This document shows, piece by piece, positions 38,903-50,900 of a stretch of DNA of 64,000 nucleotides. The stretch is from assembly GCA_002633005.1 (NCBI GenBank), contig NMRA01000036.1:1226139-1290138 (forward strand). The letters run 5' to 3'. This DNA is from Phoronis australis. Lineage: Eukaryota; Animalia; Phoronida. The position numbers were made by a program, and so were the translations under genes. Positions within the stretch are counted from its first letter, which is position 1, and the number at the start of each line of letters is the position of its first letter. Under the pieces are notes generated by a model that made no database searches, had not been told where the DNA came from, and was given only the letters and a program-made list of their open reading frames with translations.

Positions 38903-41864
38903 TAGTCCCAGCGCTCCTATCTTTCACCACTTTGGCCACTTTCTGGGGGGCAACGGGAACTTTGCATTAATCACATCTACATGTACAGGTGTTCAAAAGT
39001 CAATTTTAAAAAAGTTCCCAAGAATACACTTGCACGTTAAGTAATAATTTTACTTTAAAAGTTGGAAAAAATATAACCTCAACTAATACGTTAGCGACTA
39101 GGTGCCAATCAAATGCCAGCAAAATGTTGTGTCCGACCATTTCCATTCCCAAGTCGTCTGCTTCACAGCTGGTGTTATCTTGCTGGCTTGCCTAAGTTTT
39201 AAACATCCACTGACTGCATTGGACAGTATTAATTGTTGACAAACACCAAGGGCCATAAATCAGTAGAGTACAGCAGTTAGACATTAAGGAATGTCAAGCC
39301 AGGTCTCATCAATTCTTGTTCCTGAATTATTTTGTGCGTGGCACACAGCAGTTTTGTGTCGGCTGGGAAGCTGTATCAGCCATGATAAATGATAGAAAAA
39401 CGTTGGACTCCACACAGCAACACTGGCAAGATGTCTGCCTCTTACTGCATCCATACCTCAGATTCATCTAAAAATTAGGAGCTCCAGGAATTTTCAGAGA
39501 TTACGAGGTCCAAGGCTATTGACAGCTCAAAAAATGGGTCAACATTGAGTGCAAAGAAAGTGTCATCGCTGAGAAGTTTTTAAGTTTTCCTAACGAATCA
39601 TCACTCTTCTATCACAAGCAGTGTTAGCGACAATATATACAGATGTAACAAAGATTGAGAGAGCAATTAAAAAGAAAGAGAAAGCCCAAGCTCATGGAGG
39701 AAAATATGCTGAGCCTAGTACTAGTAGAAAATCAAGGCGATTGTCGATGTCAGTTCCATACAGTGCACAGAGAAATGCGTATGTGTTAGCACCACAGTTT
39801 ATTATTTGCAAAAAATCAAAGTAGGTCACAGAGAACTTTTCAAAGAAAAGAAAGATTAAAAGCCTATCCAAGTTCGAAATATTGACAGGTAAGTAGGTGT
39901 GCCTACGCTTAATTGGAAAAAGTGTGAATTATGACAAAAATCTTAGTTTGGGCAGAGAAAAAAATAATTATGATTTTGGTTGAGAAATGTGCAGTATTGA
40001 CTGTCCCAATCTCTATGACATAGGTAATGGCAGTGCATGTGAGTGATCAGTACTGCTTTTTATGAACTTCAGACCCTTTTATGTAAATATGAGCAGTGTT
40101 TGGAACTTGAGAAATATAAAACTGCAACCATGTCCCATAACTTATTGTGAAAATCCAAACAGTGCTCAGATTCAGTGTCTCACATTTTGGAGACTCCTGT
40201 ACTGAAAAATTTAAGCACTAGGAAAATTTTTATTTTTGCAATTATTTGCTATCTAAAACGGGAAGCGTCAAAGGAATTACAATTCTACGGTATATGTGTC
40301 ACACACAGAAGTATGTGTCATGTCATCTGCGTGGGCAACAATGGAGAGGTCACTGTTATGAGTGTTCCCGAACTCAACTGCGATCACGAAGAGGCAGACA
40401 CGTGTTTGTTATTGCACGCTCATCATGCTGCAAGCAGTTACACCTCAATTATCATCAAAAGACCTGACACAGATGTGATGGTTTTGGGTGTGGCCCATGC
40501 AGCCAACATTCCTGCATCTCTCAAAATGTTAACTGGTACAGCTCACAATTCCAGGTTAATTGATTTAAGTGCATTCGCGTCTACTCTAGGCCATGACAAG
40601 GCCCAAGCGTTGCTTGGATTTCATATTTTCACCTGGTGCGACTCAGTGCCTTCAAAGGAAAAGGTAAAGTCAAGGCTCTGCAGCTGATGTTGGAAAGTCC
40701 TGCAGTATGTGAGTTTTGAGTTTTCTGAGCAACTGACGGAAGACATTGAACTGTTTGTGTGCAAGCTGTACGGCGACTCCGCATCATCAACAGTTAACGA
40801 AGCACGCTACCACATATTCAGATTGAAATCTGTGATGGAATCATCCCTCCCTCCTAATCATGATTGTTTGCTGTTACATGCCAGAAGAGCCAACTACCAG
40901 TGTGCTATTCACAAACGAGCCTTGCGACAGCATGTCGGTGCGCCATCTCCAGTTGGTAATGGGTGGCTTTTGGTGCAGGGCAGTCTGAAGTTTCACTGGA
41001 TGGCTCTAACTTTAGCCCCAGAAAACGTCATGAAGAACGCTAATTGCAAATGTAAAAAGAGTGCTTGTGGTACAAAAATGTGCTCATGTTTGAAGTCGGG
41101 CATGCCATGCTCTGAGTTGTGTGATTGTCGAGATTGTGTGAACACAGTGCCGCCTCAAGAAACAACTTTTGGTGACACTTATGATGATGATCTTAATGAT
41201 AATGGAGTGGATGAAGAAACATAAAAAGGGTTTGCTATGTTATTGAAGAACTTTAAAATTGTAGCCTAGTGGAAAATGTGGACAATATTTTATCATGCTC
41301 ATGACTGACATTGCAAGGTGTGTCGTTCCCTGTGAGGCGGTTGACAGTGAACTGCAATATGGGACAATGTTAATTAATTATGACAATTAATTGGAAATGT
41401 ATGGTGTTCACATATAGGTTGTGATGTAAAATCTTTATCAAGTTCCAAATGGTTAACAGTATAGTTCTTTTTGTAGGAGTTCAGAATATAGTAGTGTGTT
41501 TTCTGGCCAACAGGAGGCGCTGCTAAAAGTATATTGTTTCTCTTTTTTGAGCAATTTTGCGCCTAATGTCATAATATTTATCACTTTCCTTGTTCAATAA
41601 CTTCAAGTGAACAAAACCCAATCAGATTATCATTCAGTTTTTAGCTAGTGTTGTTGTTTTTTGAAGATTGGTTTTCTGTGCCAAATTATGCAAAAAGTTA
41701 GATTTTTGAGGTCAAATTTCTCGAAAACGTGCAAGTCAAACCTTGGGAACTTTTTAGATTCTTAAAGTATACTACTCAATGACCTTAAAAACATCAAAAT
41801 TATCTTGCCCCCAAAAAGTGGCCACGGAATTCATTTTCTAGGCTCCCTAGAGTCGAATGGACTA
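38903..41864 (+). mobile_element. Academ DNA transposon, internally deleted
   Basis: TAGTCC...GGACTA termini with shared tggccacttt.tgggggcaa; YHKQC*RQYT motif about 39610; XPG-like HEEADT..LLHA, PDTDV, FKGKGK, LPP....LH.RRANYQ; Cys8 finger CKCKKSAC...CSC...C...CDCRDCVN. No clear TSD. Confidence 0.8.
40300..41224 (+). pseudogene. Academ XPG-like nuclease and Cys8 zinc-finger coding region (frameshifted)
   Basis: ORFs 40175-40687 and 40709-41224 with the motifs listed for the element. Confidence 0.8.
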
Positions 41865-42293
41865 CAGCCTGTTACCCATACTGACGCAGCGTAGGACATT
41901 ATAGGTCGGATAACAGCAATATATCTGAAGAAAGAAACAAGAAATATGTAACAAATCTCCATCAGTTGACTTTGTTTCTGGATGTAGTCCATATGCATGC
42001 ACCAAATTTGTCACAAAAAATGAAGGAGTGGACCAACAATTCTCTCAATGAAATCATAGATATATCACGATTGAGGTGGCAGCTTTTGTCTTACTTCTCT
42101 TCTACTCTGACTATAGGAGAATCAAACAGACTGATTGACACGTCGCACGTTTCTACTTGACCTGGGATCTAATCTTTTGACTCGAAGTAGACTAGACATA
42201 ATATTTGTCGTGTTCGGTTCTATTTTTGTCAAGGTATTTGTCTATTATTCTATGTTTGAGTACATAACAGCGTACGTGGATAACTGTCTAATC

Positions 42294-42413
42294 CTAACTT
42301 GCACTTGATGACCTCAACATTAAACATAAAACTCAAAATGTCGAGCTTTTACTTGAAATAACGAGTTTTTACAGTATGTAGCTCGAATTTAGGGGTCATC
42401 AAGTGCGAAGTTA
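42294..42413. repeat. Small inverted repeat or MITE
   Basis: ctaacttgcacttgatgacc ... ggtcatcaagtgcgaagttag. Confidence 0.6.
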
Positions 42414-42752
42414 GACAAGAAACTCAAAAACATCAATTACACCCCGGCTAACCCGCGATCGAGAACGCCCGGAAGGCGATCGGGAACGGGACCTTACATA
42501 CAAAATGGCAGACGACAGTGACGTACCCGGTGAGTTTAAGTGTCATTTTCTTCATAACTGAATGCTACTTTCGTACAAATGCGACTCATAGAAAAGCGTC
42601 ACAGTGTAGCCTTTGTTGTGTAACTGAAATAATACTTGTGTTTTGCTTATTTTTAAAATAAAGATCTCAGAAAGCAATGGCTTTCGGTAAAATGCATTGC
42701 CTCGTAAAATCGACAATTTCTACTTGTTATTAGCAATTCCAGGGTTCTTTAA

Positions 42753-43620
42753 AGGCGAAGGCAACCTTTTTTCATGTCATTTTTAGTAAAAGGTTCGTTG
42801 ATTATCTCAGACATATTTTTCACTTAATTACATCTGCTTGCAAATTTAAACAATTACTCGCCCTCTACTCCGGAAGTGACGTTTTGGGAGGCAAGAATTT
42901 CGCGCCAATTTATTTTTATATAGTCTGACCGTGAGAGCTGCCGAGTTACTGTTCTATCTCGATTGTGACAAGTTCGGTCGTCGTTTGCTCTTATTTACGA
43001 GTCACTCAACATGCCACACTGTTGCTGCGTACCGGGATGTATTCATTATCGCCCCACGGACAGAGGAACAACTGTCCCACATGCCCGAGTGTCCCAACTG
43101 GATAGTGACCTGAGCACACAAACTGCTTACACCCCGCCGTGTGACTCCCATGCCACACATCTAGCACCTTCCATATAGCCCCAATACTTTAGACAAACCC
43201 ACAATAAACTTATCATAATGTGGCTCACCGACCTGTTCATCGAACGACGAACTGTCCTGTTCACTGGGTGTTGAACTGGGCCTGTATTCCCTCCCACTAC
43301 TCAACATCGCAGCAGGGCTGCTTACAGGCTCTGAGCGATCATGAGTACATCCCGGTACCGTACACAGCAATAGTGTGACTCGTTGACTGACTCGTAAACA
43401 ACAGCAAACGCAAAACCGAGGTAGAGCGATGACTGACTCGACAGCTTTCATAGTCAGACTATATGAAATGAAATTGGCGCGAAATTCTTGCCTCCCAAAA
43501 CGTCACTTCCGGAGTAAAGAACGAATAATCAATTAGAAAACCAAAAGGTGTAATTACGTGAAAAATATGACTGGGACAATCAACGAACCTCATTTTTGCT
43601 AAAAATGACATGAAAAAAGT
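42753..43620. mobile_element. Rearranged Kolobok derivative (same family as 1955-3650) with two left ends
   Basis: TTAA|AGGCGAAGGCAACC left end plus THAP start on +; an inverted left end plus THAP start and EPVSSPAA...DKFIV segment on -; TTAA at 43621, with the terminal ~12 bp missing. Confidence 0.85.
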
Positions 43621-43889
43621 TTAATCGTCCCTGGTGACACAATTCGAGATATTTACTAATCTGAGCACGTCCTCGGGAACAAAGTCGTTAATTTTCTATG
43701 GCGATCATGAATGCAAAAAGCTATCGTGAACGCACATTTTTTCTTCATTGGCCTGAATAGTCGTTCAAGTTAGGGTATTATGTCAATAATTATAGAATAA
43801 TACGGACCCTGAATTAGTTTCTGGGTTGATTATTGATTATATTTCATCGTTTTTTCATGATTTCTTTGTGAAATTTAGCCTAACAGCTG

Positions 43890-44035
43890 CGAGGAAAGCG
43901 GGTATCTAGTTTTTTTACGTCCTCGAGAGTCCGAATTAAATGCTTAGAAAGTGGCTCATGGTAGTGAAGAATGAAATATACGCTGTAAATAGCAAGTATG
44001 AGGCCGTGAAACATCTCCGTGTCTGTGGCGTGCAG
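43890..44035 (+). pseudogene. THAP fragment related to the Kolobok THAP
   Basis: LRKWLMVVKNEIYAVNSKYEAVKHLRVCG aligns with RRTWLVRVKNASLPVHATYRAVENYRVCG of ORF 2220. Confidence 0.7.
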
Positions 44036-46524
44036 ACGTCGACAGTGCCTCAATCACGAATACCGGCTTACCAAATAACTACATACGTTCCGTTGTCTGA
44101 GCTTGTTCACGGCACCTCTCTAGTATTTCTTCATCACTGTATTCCTGTTCGAATTGATAGCCTGTAAAACTTAACCCGGATCCACCTGCGAAGACGGGAC
44201 TGATGAGCTCTAGCTCGTCCTAAGTCGGGATCGAGTTGCCATGTTGGCGTTCCTGAGCGTTCTGTTTCAAAATGAATTATTTTCACCCTAACCAATACTT
44301 ATATAAAACTGAAACAAAGTCTGTCTCATTAGATGCAATTTGTAATGCCTTTGGAGTGTTCGTGAGTGCAAATGATTTGAGAAGCCAGCAATGAATAAAT
44401 CACTGCGTTACCCGCGGCTTTAGGTGCGATAAAACCGAGGCCGTGTGAGCTCATGCTAATTAAGTGTTTGCTGGCAGAAACTGCTGTGAAACAACTCAAT
44501 TTCCATCCCACGCCCAGGTGTTAGGGGAATCTTTATTTACATTTATATTACTCAATAATGATTGTCAATATACAACTGCCCTGACGGTGCTGTAGCCAAA
44601 GCGGAACTTGAATTCGCGGCCCCCGACGAGTAAGTACATGTACATTTGCAGTTTCGTGGCTAATTCACCAACATAATCACGTGCACATTACTTTGGCTTA
44701 CTAGTATAGTATTTTCTTGACTGGAAGTTTAGTTTCCACTGAACTTTGGCTGGTTTATGTTCGTGATGTATGATCAGTTTCTGAGCCACTGGCCGCCGGA
44801 TAACGAGTCAATCCGACCGGCCGCGACACCGAGGCCTGATCGGGCTCCCGGAGCCACTGACCAGGATAACAAGTGTTTTGTGTTTAGAAATCAAAAAACC
44901 ACAAGCCTAAACAACACAGATCTAGGTTCTCCTGTCTGTATCTCACGGAAAATACTTCGAAATTATCTCCGAACACACCCTAATCTCCTGCTACGGACCT
45001 TATTGGCCTGCCGAACTTTGTAGGCTACGGTGTGTCCAAATACCAATAAATACGTAAGAGCGTTTTTATAAGAATTCGGTGTATTTTTAAGGGTTTTTCA
45101 TCGAAGTTTGATGATTTATTGGTGTTAAACAATGACTTCAAGCGATAAGCTGACACCAGTAACCCGTGTTGTGAACTGCTGAACAGACTGCGTGTGAAAC
45201 CGATGACGTCATTGGATAATTTCAACACCTCCGTCTGCCGTCAGGTGTCAGGTGTCAGGTAACGCAATCGAACGTGCCGTTATGGAGTGGAACTACTCGA
45301 TCTAAATTCATACAAAATAGGTTTTTTTTTTGGTGTCATTCTCCTTTAAATGTAACGATTTATTACTTGAAAGGAGATAACAAAGATGAAAACAACGGTA
45401 AGTTTGCATTGAATTTGAAACATTTCCCTAAAAATAGTTAAATAACAGTGACGGCTCTAGGATACCAAAAGGGGTGGGTTGGCAAGATGTTGACTCGGAG
45501 AATTGGGCAAAGCGCGATTTTATGTGCACAGGCGGCCCGAAAGTTGCGGGGGCCGGGGATGTGGACCTCCTGTTCAGAATATCTATCTGTGGACATAACA
45601 ACAAAAACAAAAACAAACGGGAACACGTTTTTACCGCGGTCTGGGTTCTGATCCTCTCCTCATCCGCTACTGGTCCTAGTTACTGAAATCATTATTTCCT
45701 CACGCTTCATGCTGTTGCTGTTTCATTTTGCTTGCGGCAGCCAATGGGGGGCCCTTCCCCCACCTAAATCCGCCTATGAATAACCATAATATTCAATATT
45801 GCAGTTCCGAAAATCGGCGCCTGAGTTGCAGACAATATAATATTTAGCCATTGAAAACTGCGACAGAAGTGTCATATGATTGACAGTTTTGTATGGTCCA
45901 CATGTTACGTTTGGGACCTGATAGTATGTTGAATGTTATTTAATGTACTGCTGCAATTGCATTACTTTAAACTATTTTTGGAAAGTTTAATGATCGAACC
46001 GGCTTACAACGTCGAGTCGACATTAACGTACCTTTTGAACCTTCCATGTCAGAGGTTACTGTTGAACTAGTGCGGGAGGTGAATGCAGAAAATAGTATCA
46101 CATTACCGTATTGCACTCGACTTTTTCAACGCGTATGTGATAAAGAAAGTAGTAAGTAGTAAGAGCTGAATTGGAGTTGCGAAAAGTACTAAAACTTTGG
46201 TGATATAAGAGTTGCCTTATTATAAAATAATGCTAATAATGAGAATGTCTATACACAGTGTGGGGTAGGAACACTACCTCTTTTCTGCCCATGGGACAAA
46301 AAAAAAAGATTTAACCCAACAAAATCTGTTAAACTTTCATCAGCAAGACCAACTGAAATGAGGTCATGCTTATGCCCGTCCATTGGATTATAAATGCGCA
46401 GGTAAATTTGCATTCTTTCCGAAAGGAAGCAAACAGTCAAAATGATTTCGAAGGATTTCACAATCACAATGAAACAACAAGAATTACTAAACTTTGCGCA
46501 TGTGATTTACTGTAATTGGTATGA

Positions 46525-47925
46525 AGAAACTTTGGATTTGGAACTCAATTGCATGTACCAATCCGATATGTGAATTTGAAGTGTCTAGCAAAAAATTTTA
46601 GTTGCAGCCCATAACCTTTGACCTACTTGACTTGATTGGATGACCCGAATACCTAGAAAGGTAATTTTTTTTAAATTGTCTTATTGACTTACACATGTGC
46701 ACCGAACTTGAAGAACATACATTTAAAACTGAAGAAGGAGTAGCATACTGACGTTTGCCCCAAATGAACTTTTCCGGTAAATTGCGGAATATGGTTATAT
46801 ATAGAATCAAAATTTACATACTGCTAAATATCATACATTTAATTTAAAGAACATACCTGCACCCATTTTGGAGTTATTTTCAAAGCATCAAAGTTGGTAG
46901 GAAGGACTCGAACTAGAAAGATTATTGTCACACCGTGACAATAATAGATTCTGCACGTGCATTTTAGTGGGATTGGTGTGGGAATTAATGACAACCTGTT
47001 TATCAATATGAAAAAGCATTATTTAAAACTGTAGGAGAAATTACATATTCATAATTTGATGGCCTTTACATTAGTTCACTCTTTCCGATGCATTATGAGC
47101 CTTGATGAAAAGTGTGGTTAATGCTAAGTATCACAGATAGCTTACTTTATGCACTTCAGAATGCAAGATGAATGAAATGGTCAAAATTTCAGAAGAAAAA
47201 TGCACCTAAGAGCCCCATGGTTGTACCAAATGACCTGAAAATTTAGAATTCAAACTCAATCACATTTGTGAATTCGATATGTTTAGCTCAAAATCTTAGT
47301 TTGCACTCAATGATCTTTGACCTATTGTTTCTGATTGGATAGCACTTTTACTTATAATAAAGTAGGGTATTTGACTGGCATGTAGGTTTACACATGTGTA
47401 CTGAAATTGAAGAGAATTCCTTGAAAATTTTAGGAGAAATAACATTTTGAAAATTAGATGACCTTTAAACTAATAGACCCTATCCTGTGCATTACAAGCC
47501 CTTTTAGTAGAATTGTTGCAAAATCCTTGAAAAGTGCGTTTAATGATGAGAATCACACTTGTTTAATTATTAAAATAACACAATACGTGTTGAATGAAAA
47601 GGTAAAAAGTTCAGAAGAAAAATTAACCTAATGACCCCATGGTTTCACCAAATGACCTGACACTTTAGAATTGGAACTGAAGTACATGTACCAAGCAGAT
47701 ATGTGATTTTGAAGTATTTAGCTTAAAATCTTAGTTAGAACTCAATGACCTGTTTCCGATTGGATTGCCTGATTGCTAAGTAAAGCAGTACATTTGATTG
47801 GCTTATACGGTTACACCAGTTACTGAAATTGAAGAGAATTCCTTGAAAAATGTATAATTATTTTTGAACATTAGACGACCTTTGCACTAATTGACCCTAT
47901 CCGGTGCATTATCAGCCTCTTTGGC
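46525..47925. repeat. Degenerate long-period tandem repeat (about 420-bp unit)
   Basis: ttcagaagaaaaat...ccccatggtt..accaaatgacctga at about 47188 and 47611; tactgaaattgaagagaattccttgaaaa at about 47399 and 47821; a more diverged unit at about 46530. Confidence 0.75.
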
Positions 47926-50900
47926 CAATTTCAATATTCAAAATTATAATGAAATGCGAGTTTTTAGAAAATTTCAGGAACAAACAAATTGTGTCTCTCG
48001 TAAACTTCAAAACATTCAGATAGAAGAGTTAAACTGGTTAAAAAATAATCACTGAGAAACCTAAACTGTGCTTATGAAAATATTTTAAGAATGGCTATTG
48101 TGTAGAAGAGTATTTACTTCTGCCGGTGTCCCAGAGGTCCGTCGTAACTCGATTGAGAGCAGCTATTCTACCATTAGAGGTTGAGGTGTGGCGTTACTTT
48201 TGAATTCCTGTGAATGAACGGACTTGTCGTGTTTGTAAAAACGAAAGTGAAGATGAAGTTCATTTCATCTTTGGTTGTAAAAAATATACTCATATTGGCC
48301 ATTTTTATACGGGATTCTGCCCTAACTCAAATATTTCAAAATAACTTGAAAGGTCTAGCGAAATTCATTGAAGACGCTTTGCAGGTTAAAAGTAATTATT
48401 TATTCATAAACTAGTCTGAAGTGGTCATGTTTGAGCGTGTGCAATATGTTACATAATGTTTTAATTATTATTAGGTGAATGAGTAAGCCCATTGAGACTG
48501 GGGGGTGTGGTGAATATTCTGTCTTTGAGATTGTATTTACGAAAACGGTGGCCACTTGAATCTCATCAATGGCCCCCTTCAAGGACCGGGCTCCTAGATA
48601 TGAAAAGAGCTCTATTTTAAAAAATCAGAAAATGCTCAGCAATTGATGTTATATGTAAGGACATTTTTTCAAGCGATATACAATCTCGAAAAAAAAAGCG
48701 ACAATTGCCTCCGTTATTCCTTGCCAAAGAGGAACTTCTGGAAAAAATAGTTTTGCGTTCGTAAAATTGTTTTATTAATTTGAAAATCCAGTGAATTAAT
48801 ACGCTCCTCAAAAGTTTTGCTTTACAAATTTTTCCGAGTTTTCGAAATTCATGTATGTGTGCTTAGGCGACCTTTACTACAAAAACGAAGACCCTAACAA
48901 CAATGTCCTGGCTAGAGTCCTCAAAGTGTAAACCAAGCACTGTTGGTGAGTTGTCAAATGTTCTTATAAATTTTCTCTCTTATCCGTATTCGAAGTCTAT
49001 CTTTTCTCGACTGTCCCCGACTCCACAGCTATGTCGGTTGCCACGGTTTGACTCTGACGTCTACATTTTTTTTGTGGGGGGGCACGTGCCTCTCTCTTCC
49101 CACGGTCCTGATGTGTGCCTGTAGTGTGCTGCTCAGTGAGTTGCGTTAAGTTATAGCTAGTGAGGTGATGAACCACATTATGCGACCCATAACTGAGAAG
49201 GCTGTCTTTCAGACACCTGTCTGCTGCTGTCGCTGACACCTGCGTCAAAAACACTGCTAAAGAGCAAATGAACAATGAAAACACAATGTAAGCGAAAGAA
49301 AACAACTAAAATATACGGAAATCTTGGGTCGGGGAATCATTTCGTCGTGTTGTAGAATTATTGACTGTGACTGCCAAAGTAAAGAGAGTTTTGGAGCAGT
49401 TACTATTTTCTGGTCAACTTTCGAAAGCTATATGAAATACAAAAATGAGCATTGAATGCAGGGGCAACTTCGGAATTAGTATATGTTTGTGTAACAAGTG
49501 GTAATTATAAAAATGTTGTGCCATTGGTTCCTGCTACTAAGAGAAACGAACACTGCAATGAAACATGTGCTCACAGTGAGCCGTTATCACAGGTGTAGTG
49601 CTAGCATTTGCTGTTCAACTGACACTATGGAATAACTTTTTTCGCGAGATCAGAATCATTTCTGGTGTCTGTTTTATAGGAAAATTGACTTACAAGTTAA
49701 TACAGATAGTTTGTCTTTCTGTCCAATTCACATATTCTTGGAATGAATTAGTCTTGTAATTACAAGCACATAACAAAGTAGAAAATAAGGTATAGAAATT
49801 ATCTCAGTATCTAGTTTTCATGTACTGAAGCCTCCATAATAAAACCACCAGGTAGAGCCCATACCCAAAATCTCAGATTTTTGAGATTTAGGACATGGAT
49901 TTAGTGAGTTCTAAATTATTTCACTTTAAAAAAATTTTCATTGTTTTTCTTTTTATAGCCTGTACCTCCATTTTGCAATAAAATTGGGTACCGAAATAGA
50001 TATGTTTGAATGCTTTTTACTAGCATATATAATGAATGAGTGATAGATTTGAAAGAACTAGGATTGAATAATTGAACTTTCAAAACTCATTTTCAAATTC
50101 GTATGTTTTGATTTTGTTTGGCAAAAACGGCTATTTTTCAGATTTTCACTGACGCCATTTTCGGCAGCAAGGGCACTCCAAATTGCAATTTCCAAAATTG
50201 ACCTTATTTAATAAGGTCAATTTATAATTTTGTCATGATATCACTGTAGTTGCTGGTGTACATAATGGTAACATCTGTTGGTCATATTAGATAGTACTTC
50301 ATAACACAACCTTGACTTTACATATCTCCTTCCAGTAGATAGCCACACGGTAATAAGACGCCTGTATGTGCACTTCTCAATAAAACTGTAGACTAACCGC
50401 ATATGTTGTCTGTACAACCATACGCAACTTCATACAATAGTCCAGTTATTCTAGGGCTCCAGAGGGCCCAACCTCGGAAAAATTGCAACAGAAGTTTTTT
50501 TTGCATAAATGGCATCTTTAAACATCCCATGGTGTCAGAAAAAAAGTCTACCGAAATCGGAGTGGCGGAAGTCTGTTTTTCAAGATGGCGGAAAAAATGG
50601 CCGACAAAACCGGTGTTTACTGTTTTCTGGCATGTTACTCTTATGTAACAGCTAAAAATAAAACAATAAAGTTTGTCATTGATTATATACTTTTCATAAC
50701 AGCCATACCAATCAAAAGATGCCAATTTTCCGTAAAATAAAACCAATATGGCCGACAAAATGGCGGCCGAAACGGCAATTTGATACATGTTGCAAGATTT
50801 CTTTTTATATTTTGCCCTAAAAATGGCAAAAGTTTTATTCTTTTGTAATTTAGACAATTTTAAATATCTGGACCTTACAATTGGTCACTGGTTTGCGAGA

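Noticed and set aside
44198-44225. ctgatgagctctagctcg, hammerhead-like
   Set aside because: No GAAA after the stem and no supporting stems I or III.
48900-49320. Possible further THAP remnant on - (TVLGLHFED)
   Set aside because: Only one weak motif; the N-terminal cysteines are not recoverable.
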